This document shows positions 43,858 to 56,605 of a stretch of DNA of 64,000 bases, piece after piece (positions within the stretch are counted from its first letter, which is position 1; the number at the start of each line of letters is the position of its first letter). A program made the position numbers and the translations under genes. The DNA is from Lingula anatina. Lineage: Eukaryota > Animalia > Brachiopoda. The DNA lies in contig CM120641.1 of the NCBI GenBank assembly GCA_051362555.1, positions 15,004,001 to 15,068,000 of the forward strand, in the 5' to 3' direction. The notes below the pieces were generated by a model that ran no database searches, was not told the DNA's origin, and worked only from the letters and a program-made list of their open reading frames with translations.

Positions 43858-44748
43858 TTAGAGAATAACACACGCTGCACTCATTTGCTCTGCCTCACCA
43901 GCTACCTCTGCGCTCCTAGCACCAACTGAATCTCGGGGTGATTTAGAGCCTGTCTTTTGATTGTTATTCACACTACCATTTGTCAAAGAGGTAGAATTTG
44001 TTGAAGGAGGGTCCTGCCACCACATTCTCCCCAAGCTGTAGAAACTTGAGGACCTGGCAGCAGACATGTTTACTGCTGAAAAACGGCCAACATTTCCCGC
44101 ACTGGTGGTGACCACCACTTCCTGATCCACCACTTTGAGGCTGGTGACCTGACCTGGCGCCATCTGCTGGATGACCTGACGCCCTGTGCTCAGATCAAAA
44201 ATAAGAATCTGATCTCCAGACGCCATCCAAACATGTTTCCCATCCAGCATAAGATCCATGTGGTGCACCTTGATTCCTTCCATGCCTAGTTTTCCCTTGA
44301 CTTTACCTGCTTTGGTATCCCAGGCAAACAGTCCCTCCTTTGGGGTGTATGATACCACCGTGCTTATGTCAGCTGAGGCAGACACCTTGGAAACATGAAA
44401 CTTGTGTGAACGCAACCTAATGTTCTGCTTGGGTCTTGCCACAGATGAAAAATGTAACACATTGGCTTGGTTGTAAAAAATGGCATCCCCTCTAAGGTGC
44501 AAGATCTTGGTGCCACTTACTGTCACTTCTTTGAGGTGCCTTGGGGGCTCTGGATTCCTAGACATTCCCAAGACTTCAACTCGGCCAGTCTTAGAAGAAA
44601 AGAGAACCTGAGATGTTCTTGGGCAAAAGCTAGAAAACACCATTTCTTCTTTGAGGTCAAAAGTCCTGATCAGTTGGTTTTCTTCTATGCACCACAGCTG
44701 TATTGTACGGTTGTTACTGATGCTGACCAGAACATGGACTTCTGCCAC
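43858..44748 (-). CDS. NWD-like terminal coding exon (WD40 repeats plus CaaX)
   Basis: TTTAG|GTG acceptor; TIQLWC, LFAWD and ILIFD WD-type ends; Ser-rich tail then SAACVIL-stop. Confidence 0.9.
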   Translation of the reverse strand: MAEVHVLVSISNNRTIQLWCIEENQLIRTFDLKEEMVFSSFCPRTSQVLFSSKTGRVEVLGMSRNPEPPRHLKEVTVSGTKILHLRGDAIFYNQANVLHFSSVARPKQNIRLRSHKFHVSKVSASADISTVVSYTPKEGLFAWDTKAGKVKGKLGMEGIKVHHMDLMLDGKHVWMASGDQILIFDLSTGRQVIQQMAPGQVTSLKVVDQEVVVTTSAGNVGRFSAVNMSAARSSSFYSLGRMWWQDPPSTNSTSLTNGSVNNNQKTGSKSPRDSVGARSAEVAGEAEQMSAACVIL

Positions 44749-47700
44749 CTAAATTATATTGAAATACATGAGACATTCAAAGCATAAAGTGGATAGTGAG
44801 TGCACTTGATCAAAACACAAACACATTTATATTCATTAAGGTGTGTGCTTTCTTTTCATATTCCTAGTGGGTGTCTCTTTTACACATATTAATGCAAACA
44901 TGATAGATCAATATGAAGATTGTCTTTTAGTAAACAATAATACTTAAACAACCAGGACTTTGAATGCAGTTATCATATTCCAATTTTTAACATCTCATCA
45001 TCTGATTCTCTTTCAGTTAAAACTCATAAATGTAGACTTATATTATTCATAAATAGAAAATTTAATATTGCTAAAATCCCGGGTTCCATTTTAAATCTGT
45101 CGTCTAAACTAAGTGGTGGCAATTCATCAAAAAAAAAAAAAGAGGAAGTTTATTGACAGATCACGCATGTTCACTATATTATTTTTTTAATTTCAAATTC
45201 TCATTTAGCTTTTTGCATAACTCCTTGAATAAGTAGACTCAAGCTAGCTGCTTCATTTTTCTGAAGCTTGCTAGATTTAAATATACAATGTAGAGAAGAT
45301 AAAGAACTTATCAAATAAATACCTGTGCACAAGCTAGAGGTTTGACATCTTTAGATGGTCCAGCTGCCTTTAGAAGCCTGGTGGTATTGTTTGCTAAATC
45401 TGATGCCACAGTAAAATATCTGTCCCTGCTCTGTACACAGGCAAAATGGCCTTCTTTGTCTAATACAGGCTTCAAACCAGAACCTGGAAGAAACCTGATA
45501 CAACAGGAAGCATGAAATCATAAATATTCAAAAGTGCACATTAAAAAGACAAAAAGTACAGTAGCTTGTATATGTACTTTAACAAGTATAACAAATTATA
45601 AACAACAGGAATTTTTGTGATGGATTTTATCAAGAATTACCTTTATCTGATAAAATAAATTTAAACTGTCAATTGACAAATTGATCTGTTAAATCAGTAA
45701 CTGTTGAAAATTGTGTCCAGAAGAGGGATTTGAGAACAATGAATATACAAATCCATCCTCTGTACTTATGAAATACTCAGACTATATGTATTGACAGTCA
45801 AATCATGATTATAACATCTTTTTTAATGAGAAAGGGGTGACAAACCTCTCAGGCTGCTTTTCTCTTTTTGTAAATATTTAACATTTTCATAATCATATTA
45901 TTTCAGTAAATGTATTCCTTACCCTTGTCTCTCCACACTGCACTGCAAAGGTTCTAGAGTCCAGAGACGGACCTCCATCTCCTCCTCACATCTTGTCATC
46001 ATGGCCTCCCCACAAACTGACAGTTCATCACAAGACACCATCAGGGTTTTCAGCACTGAAAAAAAAATGGATGAGTCAAATGATGGGCTCCGTTTTTCAA
46101 TTCTGACTGCTCATCTCTGCATACTGCTACAAAGACAGATACAAAGATTTTACTATAACTGCATGCTCTCTAACCTATTACATGTAAGAAATATCTTATT
46201 GAATAATTTAAAACATATGACACCGTGATAGTGTTATAAACAGTTCACTTGTACAAGTAATCTGTATCACTTTCCAAATTATCCTATTTTGAAGAAACAA
46301 AATTAAAACAAGAAAGCACAGTAGGGATAAAGTTACCACATGTATTACTTGGGAGGGTAAACTATGTGAATATTTAGGCTAATCAAGATGCACACATACC
46401 ATTATATACCTTTACTTTTACACACATGCATATACCATTAATTTGTTTATACTAACATGCTTAAATTCATGTATATGACACACAAGCACTCCTTGAATCA
46501 TTAATTTATTTAAACCATATCACACCTTTTCCTTCTCGGAGGTTCCACAACTTCACGCCTCCTTCCCTAGAAGCAGAGACCAGTACATCCTGGGGAATAC
46601 CAGTATCTGATGGAGAAGATGCAAAGTGAATTGTATGCACAAGGTCTGGGTGTGCCTGCTCAAAGACATAAGAGCATTCCCCGCTGACCAAGTCCCACAC
46701 AGAGATGGCGCTATCAGCAGCAACACCAAGACACAGTCCAAACTGATCAATAGCAACATCTTGAACCCTGGTTTTGCTGCCCAGGATCTCATGCAAAACT
46801 TTTCCATCTTCCAGGTTGAACACCACCACCTTTCCATCATGTCCCCCTGTAGCACACACCTTCTCCTTGGTGACAAAGGCACAACTAACGCAATCACTGT
46901 GTTTGTCCAATGTGTGCAGTACTTTCCTGTCCACCATGCTCCTGACGCTGACACTGCCCTTAAAATGACCAGTGACTAAGTACTGGCCACAAACTGAAAT
47001 CTGGAAGCAGGAGACACCATCAGTGACTCTCTTTGCACTTCCTTGGCCTTGGCACACCACATACAGGACATTCTCATGGAGGAGAAGGACTCGCTCACTG
47101 TTTGCACTCATCTTAAGCCTCGTCCTCTTTGAAGAAGTCCACCTTGAGGTAGTCTCCCAGGCAATGGTATCTGACTTTTGGTGAAATACCACATACTCTT
47201 CATCTGTGTCTAAATGATGGGTGTCTAAAATTTTCACTGTAAGGCCATCTTTGCTAAAAATGGCTGCCTGATCTCCACTATCGCTAAGGCTGATAGCAGA
47301 CACTGGATCTGAAGAACATGTCAACAGATTTATAAAACATACTGCTTATAAAACATACTGCTTACTCATAAAAGCAAGGGTTATCTATTTACAAAGTAAA
47401 GACAATTTTGTATCAACAAAATTTGCTTTATCAGTTCATTGAAAGAGATTAAATAAATAAATAAAAATAAAAAGCTTAAAATCAATTTGATAAAAATTCT
47501 AACACAGTGCAAAACCTGATAATGGTCATCACATCAACTCTCAATTCCATAATCATTTATGAACATATTAGTCTTAAATAATAATGTTATCATATTATAA
47601 CCCAGGTCTCTACATCAAATACATTATGCACATACCTTTCATAACTTTTGAAAGTAGCATCTCGCAAGCATCACAAGTTTCCCATATTGACACAGTCTTA

Positions 47701-50700
47701 TCATCATGTGCCAGGGACAGCCTTTTCTCATCCTTGGACAAGCTAGCAGCAGTGACCATTCTTGGAGGTAAACCAGCTACCCCAATGTGATACCCAATGG
47801 GAGCATCAAGCCAGGTTGATGTTGGGATGAGTAAGGGTTTTGATGCCCTGTTGAGACACCAGTCCAGAGCTTGCTTGGTGACTCTGCCTATGACACTGGG
47901 AAAGGCACTGGAAAGGGAGCGTATGTGGCCCAAGAGGCTCGTTGCAAAATGTGATGTCCCTTTGTCATTTGCGTCAAGCTTTTCCTGTACACAAATTAAG
48001 CTCTCTCTCAAAATCTCCACCTCAGGATGGTTCATGATTTCCAAAGTTATGTTAAAGTCATTAATGACTTCCGTCAAAGACATGATCTTGCTTTTGGCAA
48101 AGAGCCAAAAAAAGTTACCCAAGGTTATTGTCAGAAGGTCCTCTTTCTTCTCAGAGTGTAACAAGTAGTATGGGAGGTCACTGACATTCCACAGGTGTTC
48201 AGGCCCAAGTGCTGAAAACTCATCACTTTCAAAGCTGGTGTGCCCATCCTCTTCATCTCTATGGAACCTGTCCAGCTCCTGTTTCCAGACCCAGAGAAAG
48301 AAGTCTGACATTTTCCGTAGCAGTGAGCTACGGTTGCTGGGCGACTCTGGGGGACCATCCAAGTAGCATTCCATGGCAACCTGGAAATATTGCCTGGTAA
48401 AACAAAACAACAGTATTATCTATAGTGTATACACATATGTATATATATGGGGAAAACAATTTTCAGGCTGTATTTGTTTATGATATATATCTTATACAAA
48501 AAAAAGGATAAAAATGGATCTGAGGTTAGAACTCTGACCATAATTTTTCATTGAAAACAGTGTAATTGTAAGAGTTCCTCTATGATTCTTATTTCCTATG
48601 CTCAAATATTGTATTAATTTCTAAATTTGCATTTAAAAATTAATCTTAATATTTAATCAAACAAATAAAAAGATATATTTTAAAACTGATTAATGGATTA
48701 AGCATAAATGAAACAAGTCATTTTCAAAGAAGTGGCATATATAGTGTGTATACGTAGCACAATCGGTTTAATTATGAGCATATGCAGCATCATATATATA
48801 TATATATCAATCAAAGTTTTTGCTTTCTCAGCAAAAAGATCATTCCCTAAGTCATCAACTTTTGTAGGGGCGGATCCAGAGATACGTTTTGACAGTCTTC
48901 CAAATTATCTTTGTTGATCCATCCTCCATTTTTGACCATCTTCCAACATAAAAAATTAGATACCCCTCAATGTAAACTTGAAAATCTGACCGTCTTCCAG
49001 AAGACCCAGAAGACGGCCTAAATCCGCCTGTTTTGTGCAAATATTTCTGTTTGTAGGTGATTTAAAATTCAAACATAGTTAATTAGATCTTTAAAATTGG
49101 ATTTTTAAACATTACTTGATCTGATTGTAATTACCAGATGTATCTATATTCTTTACAATGGTCCCATCTATTGTATGCATTAAACATTGAATTTTATAGA
49201 TTTTCTTCAAGGAATCTATGCAAAAAAACTACTACAGTAATATGCAATTAAGTTATGGACTAGCCACACTGATGAAAATAAGAATGATTAAGCATTCCAA
49301 TGGTGCATAGTAACTATTGCAGATCAATTTAACACATGCATGGATTTTTGATGAAATTGATTACAACTTATTGCAGGCAATTATCACCCAATACCATAAC
49401 AAGCCATTGTGGGTGTTACCAAAACACTGGAGAAAGGCACAAAAGAACCTCAACTTATATCCAATAACTAAGCATTATTGTATAATCTAACTATTGGTTA
49501 GACTCACTGTAATTATTTGCTGTGAAAATATTTTCAGATCAGGTGGTGTCTGCTCTATGATTATTAATGTTTAAATTATATACTTAAGCAGGGATATACA
49601 TGAGTTTACTGCATACGATATGTTTAAATCAAATATTATTCTTTATATTGTGTTACACTGTAAAAGATCCATGCACTATCAAAACAGTTAAAACAAAAGG
49701 TATATAATGTTGTCACAAAGCTTTGTTTATGGAAGTTAAGATGATACTCACCTTTGCTCAATAAACTATGAACTGCAAGCAAGAAATGTGATCTTTACCC
49801 AAGCTTTGTAATTAAAAATTACTAGAATGTTACAAGTGTAAGATACTGATTAGCATAAAATTCAAAATGCGAACTTACTGTGGGAAAGTAGTAAGTGGGG
49901 GAGAAGTGATTACCTATGATTACCTGATTACCTATGGTTTAATCAAATAGTCTACTGAGAGGGGTTCATCTATCTGTAACATAAACCCGACTTTACAAAA
50001 ATATTTGTATCTATAATGAATAAAAGTATAAGGAATATGCAATAGCAACCGATACCAACCTCTGAGTGAAGCTGTAAACTTTGGTTCCATACGCCAGTTT
50101 TTCCCGCAGTATCTGGAATCTAGTAATGAGTTCCTGTTGAAGACCATGCCAGCTCTCCAGGACTTTCCACAGTTTGTCTGCATCACTCTTAGCCCCCAAT
50201 CTCCCTGCTTCTCTTAACACAGCATCATCCACACTCAACAGGTTCTCAAGTTCCTTTAAACTCAAACCATACCTACACATAAAATGATATCAATAAAAAT
50301 TCAAACTTTATTTTTCAAACTTGAATTTTTTAAAACTCCTATGCTAGTATCTGATTCATATACTAATAAAAGTTATTTTGGTAAGTACAGAAATATTAGA
50401 CTAAGTACAAAATTTAAACAAAAAAAATTATTTGAAAAGGTTGCTAAATCAAATTATAATGTTTCATTTTGTTATGAATCACCAAATCAAACATCTATGA
50501 AACAGTCCATTTGTAAATATGTAAAATGTTTTTAAAAATTCATATTCACACATATTTTATTTCTTAATTACCATACACAATTAAATTAGACAAGTAGCTC
50601 TGTTTGAGTCACTAGGCAGTAACTATTAGGAGCCATAACAAAACACAGTTAGACTTTAAGCAAGATCAATATCTGTCTACATTCTATTAACTGGAGTAAT

Positions 50701-51928
50701 AATTACACAGTCATAATTGATTTTTTAACTGCTTCAGAATTGATCTTGCTGTAAAGTCAATCCAATTTACTTTGTATTGTTCCTGTTTAATTTTGTTTAA
50801 AAACTACAGTAAACCAATCAGGACAAACAAAATATTTTAACTAGCCTTTTGTTCAAATGCATCCCTGAAAGCATGTTCTTATCTCTTTTTAGTTAGATGC
50901 AGAGTCAGACAATCTTTTCTGATCTGTTCTTGAAAACATGATGGACTTCAGCAGTTTTGCAATGAAACAATAGATTAAACTCACCTGGCCAATGCCATAT
51001 ATCCAAGTACATGTGACACCATAGCAGTACCATACTTCCTTTCTAATCTTTTATAAAAATCCTTCACAGCAGCACGGAGGGTATTGGATAAGACTGGATT
51101 TTCTTCCTCACTGTTCTTTTGGCCCTCAGGATTGGGAACCTGGTGTATTACAGTATTGAAGCACATCTTCACATACAGTGGTGTCTTACAATGGGCAAAG
51201 AACTCAAAAAGACTCTCAAATTGCTCTTCTGTTAAATTCTTTTCTACATCATTTTGCCACCGAGCAAGATTTTCTACTATCATATCTTCTGTGAAACTTG
51301 CGACTTGCAGGTAGGTTTTCTCATCTGGGATCCGTTGCAGAAGTTTCTCCAGCACTCCATGTTCATTTGGATCAGTTGAGAGCACCAAGGAGATCATAGA
51401 TGGCACTGAAGAAGGGACCCAGCTTACAAAATCCATACCAGGTGTAGAGTGCAGTTCATTTATTCCATCCAGGACAAGTACCAATTTCCGCTTCTGTGCC
51501 CTAAGCACCTTACTGGCTTCTTTTAACAATTCATCAAAATTTCTCAAAGTTCTATCTACTTGGTGGAATATTCTGTTTTCTGGCACTGGTAGGTTCAGTT
51601 CTTTACATAGCTCAATTTGGATGCCGATCAAAATGTCATGAAGCCAGGAGCTTCTCTGGGATATGCCAATGAACCTTTGGATTACTATGGTATTTTTTTG
51701 TTTAGCTTTCAGATGTCTCCCCAGCTGGGCCAGTGTGACAGTCTTACCACAACCTGATGTTCCATGAACAATATAAGGTTTCTGGGGTTTATCATTATAG
51801 TTGATGTGAGCCAGGATGTATTTGACCACCTGACCCCTTGGACTTGTACCTTTTGTTTTCTCTGCTGCATAGGTTTCATGATAAGCAAGTTCTTCTTGGA
51901 AATGATTAATAATTGAATTAGTCTGCAT
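43858..51928 (-). CDS. NACHT and WD-repeat domain protein (NWD1/NWD2-like STAND ATPase), 1297 aa; complement(join(43858..44748,45323..45494,45923..46055,46526..47308,47636..48393,50060..50272,50985..51928))
   Basis: All six introns are GT-AG and phase-compatible (2,2,1,1,2,0); the 3894-nt CDS is open. Walker A GTSGCGKT, Walker B LVLVLDGINE, TPLY, GLSLKELENLLSVDDAVL, ELPYH-like DLPYYL, many WD40 repeats, C-terminal CVIL. Confidence 0.9.
45323..45494 (-). CDS. NWD-like coding exon 6
   Basis: CTTCCTGTTGTATCAG acceptor, CAG|GTATTT donor; open in the required phase. Confidence 0.75.
45923..46055 (-). CDS. NWD-like coding exon 5
   Basis: TTTTTTTTTCAG acceptor, GG|GTAAGG donor; open in the required phase (EVRLWTLE). 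Confidence 0.8.
46526..47308 (-). CDS. NWD-like coding exon 4 (WD40 repeats)
   Basis: HSDCVSCAFV, TGGHDGKVVVFN, ISVWD, SASREGGVKLWN; donor G|GTGTGA. Confidence 0.9.
47636..48393 (-). CDS. NWD-like coding exon 3 (helical domain, first WD repeat)
   Basis: TTTTACCAG|G CAA TAT; QYFQVAMECYL, DLPYYL, AHDDKTVSIWE; donor G|GTATGT. Confidence 0.88.
48865..49030. mobile_element. Degenerate hAT-like MITE in NWD intron
   Basis: Ends TAGGGGCGGATCCAG / CTAAATCCGCCTG, with TTTG-like flanks on both sides. Confidence 0.4.
50060..50272 (-). CDS. NWD-like coding exon 2 (winged-helix region)
   Basis: TAG|G TAT GGT; YGLSLKELENLLSVDDAVL; donor AG|GTTGGT; 213 nt. Confidence 0.85.
50985..51928 (-). CDS. NWD-like coding exon 1 (NACHT core)
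   Basis: Acceptor at 51991/51990, ATG at 51928 with an in-frame TGA upstream; Walker A and B; donor AG|GTGAGT. Confidence 0.9.
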
Positions 51929-52082
51929 TTTGTTGTTATAGCCTCATGTATTTGCTGTCCTCATAGTTGATGTTGCAAAGCAAATCATTCCTAAAAAATA
52001 AAATCAGAAAGATAAATTTGAAAGTAGATTGTACAGTAAGTACCAGTACATAAAACATATACGGGGATAGTATATGAAAGCA

Positions 52083-52239
52083 CAGGCACGTAGCCAGGGG
52101 GGTTCGAAAGAACCACCCTTTTTGCTAGGAAAAGGTCCACTTTGGATAAAATTTGATCTAGGTACATGAACGTTTTTTGAAAAAGGTCCACTTTTTCAGA
52201 AAACGAACCCCTCATTTAAAATTGCTGGCTACAGGCCTG
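52083..52239. mobile_element. 157-bp MITE with 5-bp TSD (hAT5-like)
   Basis: TIRs CAGGCACGTAGCCAG / CTGGCTACAGGCCTG; AAGCA duplicated at 52078-52082 and 52240-52244; internal repeat AAAAGGTCCACTTT x2. Confidence 0.75.
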
Positions 52240-52764
52240 AAGCACATACAGGTACATGTAACCTGAATTAAATTGACTACCTTGTAATATGATTATAAAA
52301 GGGACAACTTGAGGAATCTAAGAAAGGAATAAATTAGCTACCAGTGTTAAAGTTTACTGAGGTTTATTCAAGGCTTACCCTCCAGTCATCAAGCAATTTA
52401 ACATAATTCAATGTAGTTCTGACCTTTTTTTTCAATGTAGTTCTTTTTTTTTCTAGTCATCCGTGCAATTGATTATAGCCACACTTTTCAAATACCTGAT
52501 AAATCCAAAATGACTGTTGTGGGTGATTCACTACATATATTCTGTAACTACCAGAACAGTGTAACTTTAAGGAATAGTGCTTTTATTGCTTCAAAAGACA
52601 TGAAAAATAACTTTTTTCCTAGATCATTTTGGATTGACGATGTGGGAATGGAATGGAATGGAATGTTTATTGATCATAAAGAACCTTAACATACAAGGTA
52701 CAGATCATCGATAGCGTACAAGCAAATATAAAATGGTCACAGAAATACAATATTAGATATAATA

Positions 52765-52800
<36 letters not shown>

Positions 52801-53035
52801 ACATGGAACATACGAATTAAACTTACACCTAAGAATGGATATTTTACTGACCGACATCCAACTATAACAAGGCACCATAACACTACTAGCAATAATGACG
52901 CACAATTACAATGAGAAATAAATGAATAATTATATAGGTTATATATCCAGCTACAGTAGTTTTTTTGTGTGTAGCATTTCGTAAACCCATACTATCTATC
53001 CATCCCGACTTTGCTAATGACACACAGGGATTATG

Positions 53036-56000
53036 TTAACTAGTGTTCTGGATAGTGAGCAACTTATCCCTAAGTTTTAAACAGCTACCTAAATATTGTA
53101 CTACAACATATATAATGTCCATCTCAACAGACCCCATTAGAAAGTTGAATATTTCTTTTTCACTAAACCCTTCAAATGATACAAAAGACTCTAGCTTAGT
53201 ACTCATTTGGTTCCGCTGCTCTGTATATACTGGGCATTCCCTAACTAGATGAAATTCATCTTCTATTCTCTGAAGATCGCACAATTTACATAACCTCTGC
53301 TCCAGCGGTGTCTTAGGTCGGGTAAATCTCCCCCGCTCCACCTGTAGGGTATGTGCACTTAATCTTATTTTACAGAAGGTGGTTCTTAGACTCTTATTCA
53401 TAATTGTAGTGTAATTCTCACATGAGAATCTGTTTTTGAAGCCTACATATGTTCTAAGTTTTTTACTACTATCTACTGCCTTTATCATCTCTTCCCATTC
53501 CTCACTGTAGGCCTGCTTCATGTGTTGGTTTATTATGGCCTGTGTGTTGCTGTTGGATATTTTAATGGGATTAACCCATAATTCCTCGGCATGGCCTACT
53601 AAGAGTGCCGCTTTAATACCCGAAGACCAGGTTGTGATACCAGCTTCTGACATTGCCCTGTTTTCAATAAGGGCATCGAGTACCATGGCATTTTCACCTT
53701 TATATAGTCTATAGTTCAGGTAACTCCAATATTTGACCGCCAGGGCCGTAAGGTGAATTAGTATGGGGTAACTTCCCAATTCACCCCTTGCAGCGTGGTT
53801 ACTGGCTCTCTTGTGTATTCCCAGAATGGTCTTACAGGCTTTAATGTGGAGCTGCTCTGCTGAGGGCTTGTCACATGTGGAGAGAATATTATTTTTTTGC
53901 ATTTTGTGTATCAGATATGGAATCCACACTTCACTACCGTAACCCATAACTGGAACCACTAGGGATTGGAAAAGTTTTTTTGCGACGGCCGTGGGGGCGG
54001 CAAACAGCTGGTTACGAATTTTGAAGAACACTTTAGCTGCCTTGTCTCTCAGTGTGTCCATACCTTTGGTAAATTTGCCGGAGGGGGTGAACGTAATTCC
54101 CAAGTAGTTATATTCAGTAGCAATGCCCACTCTCTTTTCCCCCAGTGTGAAGATCTCTTTATCTATCGTTCGCCCTAGCTTGTTGAAGATAACCACCTTA
54201 GTCTTATCTGTGTTCACTCTAAGTTTCCATCTGTCACAATAACTAGCTAGTTGGTTCAAGGAAAACTGGAGACCTTGTGCACTTTCTGATAGTATGACTA
54301 AATCATCAGCATAAAGTAGGCATGTGAGTGGTCTGTTATTCAAAAGCGGTGGCTTGCTTTGAGACGTATCCACAAATAGGTCTGGTATGTCCTTTATGAA
54401 AATATTGAAAAGTGTAGGGCTTAGCACACATCCTTGTTTGACTCCCACGCTCGTACTGAAGGGGTTGGTGATCCCCCCCTCACATTTAATAGAAAACATT
54501 ACTGAATTATACATACTTCTGAGTATGTTTACGAATTTAGAGCTAAAATTTGCCTTAATTAATTTATAAAGCAGTCCATTCCTCCAAACAGTGTCATATG
54601 CCTGTGAAAAGTCTACAAATGCTGCATAAAGTTTGGACCTAGAGATCTTGTGAATGTATTTATCTACCACACTCTTCAGTGTTAGGATATGGTCACTGGT
54701 CCTGGCACCTTTCCTAAATCCGATTTGGTTGTCAGGGATGATTTTCTCTTTCTTGACCTGGTTATTTAGTCTTTTGTTAAGTACTTTACAGAACAGTTTG
54801 GATAAGTTGCTTGAGATAGCTATTCCCCTATAGTTGCCTGGACATCTGCGATCTCCTTTCTTGTGGAGCACGCTAAGGGTGCTGGTACGCCAGGCGGTCG
54901 GGAATTCTCCTGAGGAGTAGATTACATTGAAGACCTTAGATATTGCCGGTGCTAATGAAGTAATCCCTTCCTTTATCATCTCGTTAGGAATACCGTCTAG
55001 ACCTGGGGCTTTATTTCTTTTCAGACTAGTTGCCGCCAAACGAACCTCTTTTTCCGTAATACGAAAATCCATTTCATTGAATACCCTATGGTCGTGTTGC
55101 AAGTGGTATTTGTTTATTTCATCCTCAAAAGATGTGTCATCATGCGGAATTTTCCTATTCATTAATTGATTGAAATGACTCCACCACTCGCTTGGTGGGA
55201 TAGGGTTTCCAGAAGACTGCTTTTTAGGGCAAAGTTTATCATACATCTCCCAGAATGCCTGCGGGTCTTCATTCTCCAGCTTGCTTATACGCTGATATAT
55301 AATCTCCCTGAATGAATTGCTTTTGCTATTGAGTAGCCTTTTGTATCTTTTTTTCATGGCACAGTAATCTTGGACTATCTTTCGATTCTCTGGGTTTTTA
55401 CGTATTTGTCTAGCCAAGGACCGGAGTTTTCTGCTCATATCTTTACAGTCACCATCAAACCAGGGCTTTTTGCCCACACCTTTTCTTACTTTAGGTATTC
55501 TTTTTGTGATGCCTGCATTGGCAGCTATTCTCGTCACTAGTCTGTAGAAATCCTCAAGACAGTTTTCAACTCCTTCTGCTGTTTCCATGAATGTTGCAGA
55601 TGTGAATTTCCTTATTTCTTCTGCATTATGGGGTAGAGCGAGAGCTCTAAGCCATCTATCTCGTGAACCAGTATTCCAGAAAAATTTCTCTGGGATCTTA
55701 AGTAGAGCCTCTGATGAGCCCGTAGGAGTAATGTACTGGCACGTATTCATACTTATATTGCAGGAAAGCAGGCAGTGGATCGAGTACGGTGATAAATCGT
55801 GTACCCTGAAGAACTCAATCTGACTAAACATCTCCACATGGCAAAGCATATAGTCAATCGTGCTGGGCTGCCCGTTATGACTAAAACATGTCTGATTACC
55901 AACAAAATCCCCTACTACTCTACCATTCACTATCCTAAGACCGCTGCTCTTACAAAGTTCTAATAGTCTCCTACCATTGCTATCTACACTGTGACAATCT

Positions 56001-56605
56001 AAGTTCCTTCTGACCATTGGGACATCTGACACATAACCTTCTCCTGTCCCAACCTGTGTATCACTGTCATGTTGTACAAAGTCCTTCTCTGTGTAAGTTT
56101 TTGCATTGAAGTCCCCAAACACAATGCATTTGCCTAGTTTTTCATATTTTGACAGATCCTCCTCTAGAATATTGAAGATATCTTCCCTTTGGCTGGTATA
56201 GGAGCTTCCAACTGGACTGATGTACACGTTACACATGTAAACATCTTCTCTAAGATTGAAGAATTCCTTTTGTAGTTTTATCCACATGAGCTCCGAGTTA
56301 TTTCGTTTGATAAACATAATCCCTTTGAGAATTTCGCTCCTTACCCCTATTGCTAAACCCCCAGATGCCTTGGGGGAATTTTTTTATCTCGGTCTGAGGT
56401 TTGATTCAATATGGAACCCCTCCAGGTGAAGGTTATCATTGACATCACAGTGGGTTTCAATCAAACAGAAAATGTCCAATTGATGTAGTGCAGATTGGAA
56501 GCATGGCAAGTCAAGTTTGCTTACCCTTTCATTCCCAATCCTCATGAACATACCATCTATGTTCCATGCACCAGCTCTTAAACTCCGAGGAGAGCTGTGC
56601 AGCAT
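53036..56605 (-). CDS. LINE ORF2p (APE endonuclease, reverse transcriptase, CCHC), 1189 codons, with one in-frame TAA at 56384-56386
   Basis: WNIDG, DIFCLIET, SGG, GDFNA, IDY (APE); PGLDG, QIGFR, GVKQGCVLSPTLF, YADD (RT); CKLC...EDEFHLVREC. The two ORF-track pieces 56384-56605 and 53036-56317 are in the same frame. Confidence 0.93.
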
